NCBI GenBank assembly: GCA_030700065.1
Contig: JAUYKH010000041.1
Location: 4,659-68,658, forward strand
Direction of reading: 5' to 3'
Source: a bacterium
GTDB lineage: Bacteria; Patescibacteriota; Doudnabacteria; UBA920; 2-01-FULL-46-14
Length of the DNA: 64,000 nt
The notes below the pieces were generated by a model that worked only from the letters and a program-made list of their open reading frames with translations, was not told the origin of the DNA and ran no database searches. The translations under genes and the position numbers were made by a program. This document shows positions 29,960 through 38,845 of this stretch, one piece after another (positions within the stretch are counted from its first letter, which is position 1; the number at the start of each line of letters is the position of its first letter).

Positions 29960-30861
29960 CCAAAGTAAGTTTGGTTTGTTATCATTACCTGGCTCGCCAT
30001 GACGAATTCGCAAAAATTCGAGGCCATTCGAAACTGCAATTTCAGGAGCACCTTGATTATTACAGGAAAAATTTTCATTTTGTTTCAGTGAGCGAGCTTT
30101 TAACCGGACTGACCGAAAGCCAGCGGACAAATTTGTTAATCACCTTTGATGATGGACTCAAGGAGCACATTCAAACTTTTGCCCCGCTCCTGGAACAGCA
30201 TGGAATTAGTGGCGTCTTTAGCGTGCCTTCGTGCATTTTGCGCGGCGAGCCGGCCAATCCGCAGATTACTCGATTCGCGGAAAGTTATTACGGGGAGGAT
30301 GAATTCTATAATTTAGTTTCCGCGGAAATCACGTCCGTTTTTCCCGATCATAGCTTTCTGCTTGAGGAAAAAATATCAAATAAAACGTTGTTCAAATGGA
30401 AGCTCCCTATCCAAATGGCTAGACAAATTCTGCTAAATCTGTATAATAAATATTTACTGCCGAAGTTTCCGGACTTTATGCAGAGGATTTATCTGAGTGA
30501 AAATGATATAAAACAAATGCGCGCTTCCGGCCATGTTATTGCTGTCCATTCCGATACTCATCCGGTTATTAGTCGAATCAAAAAAGAAGATCAGGAGCTT
30601 TTGTCTCAACAGATAATTTTTCCCAAAAGGGAATTAGAAAAGCTATTGGGCGAAGAAGTGAATATATTTACCTATCCTCACGGACAGAAAGAAGAAATTT
30701 TTAGTGATCCCGCAGTACTGCAGGACGCAGGATATAAATTTGTTTTTACCACCTTTCAAGACAATACCAGCTTTAATCCATTGTCGGTTGGCCGCTACCA
30801 GTCGTTTGTGGCTGACACAATTCAATCATTAAGCGACAATATCTGGACCTACACAATATGA
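29956..30861 (+). CDS. Polysaccharide deacetylase (CE4/NodB)
   Basis: YHY, ITFDDGL, HSDTH, FTYPHG. Confidence 0.9.
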   Translation: MTKVSLVCYHYLARHDEFAKIRGHSKLQFQEHLDYYRKNFHFVSVSELLTGLTESQRTNLLITFDDGLKEHIQTFAPLLEQHGISGVFSVPSCILRGEPANPQITRFAESYYGEDEFYNLVSAEITSVFPDHSFLLEEKISNKTLFKWKLPIQMARQILLNLYNKYLLPKFPDFMQRIYLSENDIKQMRASGHVIAVHSDTHPVISRIKKEDQELLSQQIIFPKRELEKLLGEEVNIFTYPHGQKEEIFSDPAVLQDAGYKFVFTTFQDNTSFNPLSVGRYQSFVADTIQSLSDNIWTYTI

Positions 30862-31973
30862 AAGTCAAAATTTTCGGAGCGGGATCAATTGGAAATCACC
30901 TTACCCAGGCCTCAAGGCGGAAGGGGTGGGATGTCACGGTCGTGGATATTGATCCGGCCGCGCTCAAGCGCATGAAAGAAGAGATTTATCCAAAGCGATA
31001 CGGTAGTTGGGACCCGCAAATCAAACTGATGACCCCCGAAGAGGCACCAAAGGGAGGATTTGACGTCATCATGGTAGGTACGCCGCCGCCGGCCAGACTG
31101 AAAGTCGCCATGGAGGCTTTGGAGGGAAAACCTAGAGTTTTACAGCTTGAAAAGCCCTACTTCGTCCCCATGCTAGATGAAAGCCTGAAACGTGAAAACC
31201 AAGAGTTTATGGAGAAGGCAAAATCTTTGGGCATAAAAGTAGTGGTTGGGTACGAATACGCTCTTGGAGAGAGCGCAAAAAAGGCGTTAGATTTTATTTC
31301 GGATAAGGGTTTTGGAAAAATCCGGGTTTTGGAAGTTGCCGTGCGGGAGGAATGGAGCGGGGCATTGGCTGCCCATCCATGGCTCAAAGGGCCGGCTGAT
31401 ACCTATCTTGGTTTTTGGCAGAAAGGGGGAGGCGCGTTAAGCGAGCATTCGCATGCTATACACTACTGGCAACATTTCGCCAGTCACTTAGGTCTGGGAA
31501 CGATTGATGAAGTTTCTGCATCAATGAGAATGGTAAAAGACGCGTTGTTAGATTACGACGAATTAACATATTTGAACATAAAAACTGACCAGAGTTTTAC
31601 CGGCACGATTGTTCAGGATGTGGTAACCGATCCTCCGTATCTGTCTTTGTTTATTCAAAGAGAGAAGGCCTTTGTTAAATGGCTGCGACGGTCTGTTCCG
31701 GGCAAAGGAAATGTCGAGACAATCACGTATGGGAAAAAAGACGAGAATGGTTGGCTGGTCACGACAGAAGATATCCCCGTCGCGAGACCGGACGACTTTT
31801 ACCCAGAGATAAACCATATTGCTGATCTGCTCGAGGAAAAAGTGAAAATTGAGGATTCCCCGATTCGTTTGGAGATGGGTGCACACGTAACCGCGGTAGT
31901 GACGGCAGCACACGAGTCTCGGCTGAACAATGGAAAATTTATTAAAGTAACAAAATATGCCGGTTATCGATAA
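30858..31973 (+). CDS. Gfo/Idh/MocA oxidoreductase
   Basis: GAGSIG, LEKP, GGGALSEHSH. Confidence 0.8.
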   Translation: MKVKIFGAGSIGNHLTQASRRKGWDVTVVDIDPAALKRMKEEIYPKRYGSWDPQIKLMTPEEAPKGGFDVIMVGTPPPARLKVAMEALEGKPRVLQLEKPYFVPMLDESLKRENQEFMEKAKSLGIKVVVGYEYALGESAKKALDFISDKGFGKIRVLEVAVREEWSGALAAHPWLKGPADTYLGFWQKGGGALSEHSHAIHYWQHFASHLGLGTIDEVSASMRMVKDALLDYDELTYLNIKTDQSFTGTIVQDVVTDPPYLSLFIQREKAFVKWLRRSVPGKGNVETITYGKKDENGWLVTTEDIPVARPDDFYPEINHIADLLEEKVKIEDSPIRLEMGAHVTAVVTAAHESRLNNGKFIKVTKYAGYR

Positions 31974-32649
31974 AAAAATACTTGCGATCATCCCGGCCCG
32001 CGGCGGATCCAAAGGCTTGCCGGGCAAAAATATAAAATTGTTGGTGGGTAAACCGCTCATCGCTTATTCAATTGAAGCGGCAAAAAAATCAAAGCACGTT
32101 GATCGTGTAATCGTGACCAGCGACGACAAGAATATTTTGGAAACTTCTGCACCATTTGGGGCTGAACTTATCCAAAGACCCGCAGAGCTGGCGCTTGATG
32201 AAACCAAGATGCCTCCAGTAATCCAACATGTTATTGACACATTAAAAACAAAGGATAATTATCGACCGGATATTGTTTTGCTTTTGCAGCCAACGTGTCC
32301 ATTGCGCACGAGCAAGCATATAGATGAGGCCATCGAGCATTTTTCGGCCAATGATTTTGACAGCCTCCTAAGCGTTCTGGTTTTATACAAGCAGCAGTTT
32401 GTGGTCGAGAATGAAAAATACTTGCAGCCGCTTCTGAAGGAAAGGCCAAACCGGCAGGACAGAAAGCCGGTGATATTGGAAAATGGCGTGATTTATTTGA
32501 CCATGATAAATCTGATGGAGCAGGGGACAATAGTGGGTGGAAAGATAGGTTATTATCCGATGCATATCGCTGATTCGCCAAACATTGACGACCAGGAAGA
32601 TTTTTTGTTTGCCGAAAGATTGATAAAAGGATCGCGTGACCATGAATAA
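31957..32649 (+). CDS. neuA: CMP-nonulosonate synthetase (second NeuA)
   Basis: IPARGGSKGLPGKNI, RPAELA, LQPTCPLR, NRQD, ENG.IY. Confidence 0.9.
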   Translation: MPVIDKKILAIIPARGGSKGLPGKNIKLLVGKPLIAYSIEAAKKSKHVDRVIVTSDDKNILETSAPFGAELIQRPAELALDETKMPPVIQHVIDTLKTKDNYRPDIVLLLQPTCPLRTSKHIDEAIEHFSANDFDSLLSVLVLYKQQFVVENEKYLQPLLKERPNRQDRKPVILENGVIYLTMINLMEQGTIVGGKIGYYPMHIADSPNIDDQEDFLFAERLIKGSRDHE

Positions 32650-33730
32650 AGAAATCAAAATTGGACGAGTGGTTATTGGAGAGCAATATCCGTTTGTAGT
32701 CATTCCCGAGGCGGGCGATAATCACCACGGCAGCCTCGCCTCCGCCAAAGAGATTGCCCATGCCGCGCTTGAGGCCGGATCCAAGATTATTAAATTTCAA
32801 CTGCACTTGCCGGACGAGGAGATGGATCGAGAGGGCATGCGTCAAACGTCCTCGGAGATGTTTAAGAAATGGGGCGATTTGTACGGCTTTATTCAGAAAA
32901 ATCAGTTGTCTGTCGAAGATCACTCGGAACTTATCCGTTACTGCGAAAAGATCGGCATCCAGTATTTTTGCACACCTTTCTCGGCGAAGGCGGCACAAAT
33001 ACTAACAGAAATTGGCGGTGATGCCGCGTTCAAAATTGGTTCTGGAGAAACCGAAGATCTGCCAATGATTGAGGAGGTCGCTGCTTTGGGTAAGCCGATG
33101 ATGGTTTCCACTGGAATGAGCACTTATGAGGAGATTGATTTAACAGTCGCTGCTATTAAGCAGAAAAATATCCCGTTTTCGTTGGCGCATTGCATATCGT
33201 CCTATCCACCAAAGTCCCTTTCTGAACTTCACCTGGGAGTCATCAGAGAGCTTGGAGCGCGCTACGATACAGTTGTCGGTTTTTCGGATCATACGCCGCC
33301 CGAAGGGCTGGTAATCGAGGGAGGAAAGCCAATTTCAGAAGAGGCAATTTTGTTCGGCGCGATGGGCGCAGGTGCCAGATATCTAGAGAAACATTTTACT
33401 GTCGATAGAAAAGGAAAAGACGCGGATAGCTGGTTTTCTCATGATCCGCAGACCCTCAAAGATCTTATAAATACTGCCGCCGAACTTGATAAGGCGATGG
33501 ATAATAAGCGGGAGGTGTTTGAAGAGGAAAAAGGCGTCTGGATTTGGGCCAAGCGGAGCCTGGTCGCGGCCGAAGATATTCCGGCCGGAGCGAAGATTAC
33601 CCGAGAAATGCTCAAAAGCAAACGTCCGGGAACAGGAATTAGGTCCAAAGATTATCACTCGATTTTGGGGAAAATTGTTAAACACAACATCGCCAAGGAT
33701 AAAATATTACTGTTAACTGATTTAGAATGA
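32642..33730 (+). CDS. neuB: N-acylneuraminate synthase family protein (third NeuB)
   Basis: EAGDNHHG, KFQ, CTPFS, KIGSGE, STGMS, SDHT, EKHFT, KRPGTG. Confidence 0.9.
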   Translation: MNKEIKIGRVVIGEQYPFVVIPEAGDNHHGSLASAKEIAHAALEAGSKIIKFQLHLPDEEMDREGMRQTSSEMFKKWGDLYGFIQKNQLSVEDHSELIRYCEKIGIQYFCTPFSAKAAQILTEIGGDAAFKIGSGETEDLPMIEEVAALGKPMMVSTGMSTYEEIDLTVAAIKQKNIPFSLAHCISSYPPKSLSELHLGVIRELGARYDTVVGFSDHTPPEGLVIEGGKPISEEAILFGAMGAGARYLEKHFTVDRKGKDADSWFSHDPQTLKDLINTAAELDKAMDNKREVFEEEKGVWIWAKRSLVAAEDIPAGAKITREMLKSKRPGTGIRSKDYHSILGKIVKHNIAKDKILLLTDLE

Positions 33731-34881
33731 GAAAAATTTGCGCAATCACGGCAAACCGGGCGGATTTCAGCCGGATGGAAACCGCGCTGCGGGAAATAAA
33801 AAAGCATAAAGATCTCGAGCTGCAGCTGGTCGTCATGGGATCTCACCTTTTGTACGATACCGGCAACACGATCGAAGAGATCAGGCAAAAGGGGTTTGGT
33901 GTTGACCGGACTATTTATATGGAAGTGAGCGGCAGCAATCCTTCGACAATGAGCAAATCAGTGGGGCTCGCGATTATCGAACTCTCCTCGGTCTTGGATA
34001 ATTTAAAACCTGATCTGGTTTTGGTTCCAGTGGATCGTTTTGAGTCCCTCGCCATGGGGGTGGCGGCGTCTCTGATGAATTTGCCTATCGCACACATTCA
34101 GGGCGGCGAGATTACTGGCACGATCGATGAGAGCATTAGGCATGCTCTAACCAAGTTGTCGCATATTCATTTTCCGGCCACTGAACTCTCCCGTCAGCGA
34201 ATTATCCGGATGGGGGAGCCGGAAGACCTGGTGTTCAATGTCGGGTGTCCGGGGACTGATTTATTGCTTGAGGCGCCGGTTTTGAACGCCAAGCAGACGA
34301 TTGAGTTGCTTAACCAGGATCTTGCCAATCCGCTCGATCCCGAGAGACCTTTTATATTGATGGTGCAGCATCCAGTGACAACGGAGTTTGGAAGTGCCAC
34401 TAAAGAGATTACGGAATCAATGGAGGCCATGTCCGAGTTTGAAGAGCAGATCATTATTCTCTGGCCGAATATTGACGCGGGAGCGGATGAATTGTCCAGG
34501 GTCCTGCGAAAATATACAATTTTTGCGAAAAACGGAAAAGGAATGAGGATTTTTAAACATTGGCCGACCGAAACTTTCGCCAATATCATGCGTAATGCGG
34601 TCTGCCAGGTAGGAAATTCCTCGAGCGGGATCAGGGAATCGTGTTATTTCGGCACCCCGGTAGTGAATGTTGGCTCGCGCCAACAGGATCGGGAAAGGGG
34701 GAAAAACGTGATGGATGTAGGGTATGATCGTCGCGAGATCGCCGCGGCTGTCCGCCAGCAAATCAAACACGGGAAGTATAAGATGGAGGCAATATATGGC
34801 GATGGCACAGCCGGGAGACAAATTGCCGATATTTTGGCATCCATAAAAATTCCAAGCGTACAAAAGAGGATCAGATACTAG
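33727..34881 (+). CDS. neuC: Hydrolysing UDP-GlcNAc 2-epimerase
   Basis: TANRAD, DRFE, HIQGGE, IDESIRHALTKL, HPVTTE, PNIDAG, GNSSSGIRE. Confidence 0.9.
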   Translation: MRKICAITANRADFSRMETALREIKKHKDLELQLVVMGSHLLYDTGNTIEEIRQKGFGVDRTIYMEVSGSNPSTMSKSVGLAIIELSSVLDNLKPDLVLVPVDRFESLAMGVAASLMNLPIAHIQGGEITGTIDESIRHALTKLSHIHFPATELSRQRIIRMGEPEDLVFNVGCPGTDLLLEAPVLNAKQTIELLNQDLANPLDPERPFILMVQHPVTTEFGSATKEITESMEAMSEFEEQIIILWPNIDAGADELSRVLRKYTIFAKNGKGMRIFKHWPTETFANIMRNAVCQVGNSSSGIRESCYFGTPVVNVGSRQQDRERGKNVMDVGYDRREIAAAVRQQIKHGKYKMEAIYGDGTAGRQIADILASIKIPSVQKRIRY

Positions 34882-34883
34882 AT

Positions 34884-35807
34884 ATGTCTAAAAGCAAGGG
34901 TCCGGATTTTTTGATAGTCGGGTTGGAAAGAAGCGGAACAAGCTGGGTTTCGGCCCTGCTGAATAGTCATCCGGAGATTGCCTGCATCCCCCCGATGCCG
35001 TTTCGCAAGGAGTCGGGAGAATTTAGAGAAATCGGGGAGATTCATTTGTTTAATACGCTCGCGAGTCTAGAAGTTGGAACAACAGACAAATTTACACGGC
35101 CGGTCGCCAACTACAAAACGACTGATATCAAAATATTCGCAGATTTTGCTGACCTGGAAGGAAAAATTCCCAAAGAGGAGCTGTATAATACATTTATTGA
35201 GCGGTACAACGAGCTTTGCGAATCTTATCGGAAAGGCAAGAAACTTGTGGGAGAGTCTACGCCGGCCTATGTCTTTCACCTTAATTTTATTGACCGATTT
35301 TATCCCGGGATTAAAAAACTTTGCATCATCCGCGATCCCAAAGACAAAGTCGTCTCCTGGCATTTCAATCTTGTGAGAAAAGGGCGGAAACAGGAAGACG
35401 AAAAAATTTCCGATGAATTTATCAAGGAATATTGCGAGACGAGGATTGCCAAAGAATATCAGGCCTTGCTGGATTACCAGGGGCAGATTCACTGTTTTAC
35501 TTACGAAGCCCTGACACACAACCCCCGCAAGGTTGTATCGGGAGTTTTGCGGCACCTTGAAGTAAATGACGACATTGCGCTTACTGACCAAATGGTCAAA
35601 GAAGCATCGTTTGAAAATTTAACCGCAAAGGACAGCGGAAGGGGTAGACAGCAAGGCGAGCAATCTCTAAAAAGTCATTTCCGCAAAGGCATTATTGGAG
35701 ACTGGAAAACCCATCTAACCAATACCCAGATCCATTATATCGAGGGCGAGACCCTACAACTTCGGAAAGAGGTCTTCGAAAAGTACCGCGTCGATCCAAT
35801 CGAATAA
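34884..35807 (+). CDS. PAPS-dependent sulfotransferase
   Basis: 5'-PSB GLERSGTSW, 3'-PB IRDPKDKVVS, FRKGIIGDWK. Confidence 0.95.
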   Translation: MSKSKGPDFLIVGLERSGTSWVSALLNSHPEIACIPPMPFRKESGEFREIGEIHLFNTLASLEVGTTDKFTRPVANYKTTDIKIFADFADLEGKIPKEELYNTFIERYNELCESYRKGKKLVGESTPAYVFHLNFIDRFYPGIKKLCIIRDPKDKVVSWHFNLVRKGRKQEDEKISDEFIKEYCETRIAKEYQALLDYQGQIHCFTYEALTHNPRKVVSGVLRHLEVNDDIALTDQMVKEASFENLTAKDSGRGRQQGEQSLKSHFRKGIIGDWKTHLTNTQIHYIEGETLQLRKEVFEKYRVDPIE

Positions 35808-35820
35808 TTAACCCGAATTC

Positions 35821-36696
35821 ATGTCGAAATTTTTATTTGAGTTTGAAATGCTCGAGGCTTGTCCGGTTTGCGAAAGCCGGGTGATGGTTCCCAATGGCCG
35901 CATCAGCTGGCTGGAGAACGATTTTTGGTATGTGGTCTGTCCCGGATGCGGGCTCAAATATATGAATCCTCGGCCCACAACGCAGTCTTACCGCGATTTT
36001 TATCGGGATTATTTCTGGCAGCAAAAAATTCGAAATGCCGGTTTCCGCGAAGCTGGCCAGACTTGGCAGGGGAAGCCGCAGGAATGGCACAACGAGGAGC
36101 CGTGGAAACCTGAAGATGGGAGAAAAATTTTTATGGACAAATTCAGGAAGGTAAGAGTAGATGCCATTTCTGGCGTTCTGCAAAAATGTATTAATTTGGG
36201 GAAGGACTCCCTGATTCTTGAGGTGGGATGTGGTTTCCCGGCGACCCTGGAAGCACTGCGCGACAAATACGATGCGCAGGTTTATGCTATTGAGCCGTCG
36301 GAAGATGCAAGGCAGATAATCGGAGAAAAAAATATCGAGCTTCTAGGATCTTACGCCGAAGAGCTCCGGGACTTGGCCGCAGGGGACTTACGGTTTGACG
36401 CGATCATCTTTTCTCATGTTCTTGAAAACGCCACTGATCCCTTGCAGGTTATTCGGTGGGCAAATTCATGCCTTTCCGCCAATGGCGTCATTTATATTCA
36501 AACTCCAAATTTGCTAGTATTTGATCAGATGAATCCTTATCATCCTTTCATTTTCTCCAGAAATTCGCTCCGAGTACTCATAGAGAAAGCCGGTCTTGTT
36601 TACGAACCCGTTTCACAGCCAATAGACAAAATGTTGACCGTAATATGTTCTAAAAAACGACAATCCAATTGGCGTATCAATCCGGATGGAAAATAG
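35821..36696 (+). CDS. Class I SAM methyltransferase with CxxC...CxxC domain
   Basis: CPVC...CPGC, LEVGCG, FSHVLE. Confidence 0.85.
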   Translation: MSKFLFEFEMLEACPVCESRVMVPNGRISWLENDFWYVVCPGCGLKYMNPRPTTQSYRDFYRDYFWQQKIRNAGFREAGQTWQGKPQEWHNEEPWKPEDGRKIFMDKFRKVRVDAISGVLQKCINLGKDSLILEVGCGFPATLEALRDKYDAQVYAIEPSEDARQIIGEKNIELLGSYAEELRDLAAGDLRFDAIIFSHVLENATDPLQVIRWANSCLSANGVIYIQTPNLLVFDQMNPYHPFIFSRNSLRVLIEKAGLVYEPVSQPIDKMLTVICSKKRQSNWRINPDGK

Positions 36697-36697
36697 G

Positions 36698-36744
36698 TTA
36701 TCCACAAGGCCTAAATTGACATATTAAAAAAAATATCATAAACT
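36698..36744 (+). promoter_or_regulatory. DnaA-box consensus followed by a sigma70 promoter
   Basis: TTATCCACA 36698-36706; TTGACA 36716-36721, 17-nt spacer, TAAACT 36739-36744. Confidence 0.6.
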
Positions 36745-36817
36745 AATGCTGGATGTTTTTCCATCTATATTTGAAACCAAAATTTGAAAAAATAATTAAA
36801 GTTTTATTAAACAAAAT

Positions 36818-37474
36818 ATGCATAATGCAAGGCAAGTTTTACAAGGTTACTTCGGTCCAAAATATCCCATTGCTGTCGGCGTTTTGACAGCTTTAATTTT
36901 GTCCCCGTTGATTGTGATTTTTATTAGCGCGGCCGTGGCCGTTACCACTGTCAGCACGGACGTCGTAACCGGCGGAAATCTCCAGGCCTCCTCCACCCTT
37001 TTGGTTACTGGTGATGTTTTAACTTATGGCAATAGCACTTTTGGCAATGCCGCCACAGATATCAATCTATTTACCGGTACGCTTCAGGCCACCACAACCG
37101 CTTTGTTTACCGCCGGGATTACGACCTATGGAAATTCAATTTTTGGAGACACCAATGCCGACACAAATACGTTCGCCGGCAACATCACTTTGGAAAATTC
37201 GGAGACACTCGGCAACGCGACGAATAACAATATTTTCTTGGGTGCCAATACCATTTCGCTCGCCACCACGACTGCGACAACCACTGGATCAGTGTGGGTT
37301 TCAGCGAAAGGCGGCATTACCACGACGACCTTGCAGGTTAACGGGAATATTGAGGGCAATGCAGGCGGCGCTACAAGGGGGAGCTGTCTTCAACTTTGGC
37401 AGGAGGATGTGATTTACCGCATCTATGTTGTTGAAGCGAATGCGCTTATGGTTGAGGCCGGAACCTGTCAGTAG
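36818..37474 (+). CDS. Membrane-anchored or secreted Thr/Gly/Asn-rich protein with an internal repeat
   Basis: N-terminal hydrophobic helix; repeat TYGNSTFGNAATD / TYGNSIFGDTNAD. Confidence 0.65.
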   Translation: MHNARQVLQGYFGPKYPIAVGVLTALILSPLIVIFISAAVAVTTVSTDVVTGGNLQASSTLLVTGDVLTYGNSTFGNAATDINLFTGTLQATTTALFTAGITTYGNSIFGDTNADTNTFAGNITLENSETLGNATNNNIFLGANTISLATTTATTTGSVWVSAKGGITTTTLQVNGNIEGNAGGATRGSCLQLWQEDVIYRIYVVEANALMVEAGTCQ

Positions 37475-37509
37475 TCCTCGATTCAGCACGATTAAATTAG
37501 CGAAAGCAG

Positions 37510-38769
37510 ATGCTGAAACAAAAAGTTTTTTTAGGGAAAGTCGCTTTAGCAATTTTGATTGTTTGGGGTGCTTTTTTTTCAAGCACGCCGAATGTCGCGG
37601 CAGTAGAATCAGATGTGCTGTTTGATACAGATACACCGATTGCTCTGACCCTCGAAGGGAGAACCAGGACATTTCTGGTGGGGGACGGCTCGAGGGCGGT
37701 AAGTATTCAGGTTGGCGCCAGCAGTATTACTGTCATAGTGGGAACTGCCGGAGAGGGTGAAGACAGTGATACTTTTACCCTGCAGAACAACGCTTCTACG
37801 CCGGCGATGAATTTCTTGATCAACAGCGCGTATGATCCAGTGACTACTTGCAGTGGGGGTTTTGGTTCAGTAAGCCTATCCAATACGGCCACCACCACCT
37901 ATATTATTGCTCCCCAGCCAGACAATCTTTGCGAGACTGGCGCCAGCGGCTCGAGTTCTGGAGGAGGCGGTGGTGGGGGCGGTGGTGTGACCACTCCGAC
38001 CACCCCGACGGTTCCCGCGGAAACTCCCTCTGTGACGGCTCCAGTTGCCGGAGCTCATCCGAACGGCACTTTGATTTTGGATAACGGTACAATTTACCTC
38101 GTGGTTGAGGGCAAAAAGCGCGGGTTTCGGAACCCCGAAGAGTATTTTTCGCACGGTTATAAATTTGCCCAAGCGGTCGCGGCCAATGATGCCGATCGCA
38201 GCTTGTCGGACAGTGACGAGCCGATTGAAAAGGCTCTTGACGGCACGCTGGCGCTGGATAAGACCGACAACCGGACGATTTATATGATTGCCGGCGGACA
38301 GAAGCGCGGGTTCACCTCTGCCGAGGTTTTTCACGCCTTAGGCTACCAGTTTAACCAGGCCGTGCCGATTGATCTGGGCGATTATCCGGCTGGCGATCCT
38401 ATAACTGGCGAATCCACCACCCATCCCAACGGCGCTCTGCTTTTGGACAAAAATGACGGCCGCACTGTTTGGTGGGTCCTAAACGGTCAGCGCCAAGGAT
38501 TTCAGTCGGCCGAGGTATTCTTCACCTATGGATTCTCGTTTGGCAAAATTGTCCCTGCCACTGATGCGGATATGGCTTTGGCAGAAGGCGCTTTGGTTAA
38601 ATTCCGCGACGGCACCATCGTGGCCGACGGCAGCGATTATTATCTTATTTCCGAAGGGAAAAAACGGAAGTTCGTGAATCTTGAGGCAATGCAAAACTTG
38701 GGCTATCAGATGACGAATGCGATTGCGGCATCGCTTGGCGCTTACAAGGTTGGCGACGATATCAACTAA
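37510..38769 (+). CDS. Secreted surface protein with S/G/T/P linker and four C-terminal repeats
   Basis: Signal peptide; SGSSSGGGGGGGGVTTPTTPTVP linker; four units of (N/D)G..L...(Y/W)...G.(K/R)..F...E....G(Y/F). Confidence 0.8.
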   Translation: MLKQKVFLGKVALAILIVWGAFFSSTPNVAAVESDVLFDTDTPIALTLEGRTRTFLVGDGSRAVSIQVGASSITVIVGTAGEGEDSDTFTLQNNASTPAMNFLINSAYDPVTTCSGGFGSVSLSNTATTTYIIAPQPDNLCETGASGSSSGGGGGGGGGVTTPTTPTVPAETPSVTAPVAGAHPNGTLILDNGTIYLVVEGKKRGFRNPEEYFSHGYKFAQAVAANDADRSLSDSDEPIEKALDGTLALDKTDNRTIYMIAGGQKRGFTSAEVFHALGYQFNQAVPIDLGDYPAGDPITGESTTHPNGALLLDKNDGRTVWWVLNGQRQGFQSAEVFFTYGFSFGKIVPATDADMALAEGALVKFRDGTIVADGSDYYLISEGKKRKFVNLEAMQNLGYQMTNAIAASLGAYKVGDDIN

Positions 38770-38792
38770 AATAATTATTTTTTTCGCTATCT

Positions 38793-38824
38793 AAAATTTT
38801 CCCGCTTATGAGCGGGGAAATTTT
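38793..38824 (+). terminator. Hairpin, probable intrinsic terminator
   Basis: aaaattttcccgct tatg agcggggaaatttt after the stop at 38769. Confidence 0.6.
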
Positions 38825-38845
38825 ATTTGATATATAATGAACGAG

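Noticed and set aside
343-36266. Many antisense and out-of-frame ORFs, e.g. 691..1308 and 32231..32998
   Set aside because: They lie within well-supported genes and carry no motifs; shadow ORFs
36698-36817. Replication origin
   Set aside because: Only one DnaA box and no dnaA/dnaN nearby
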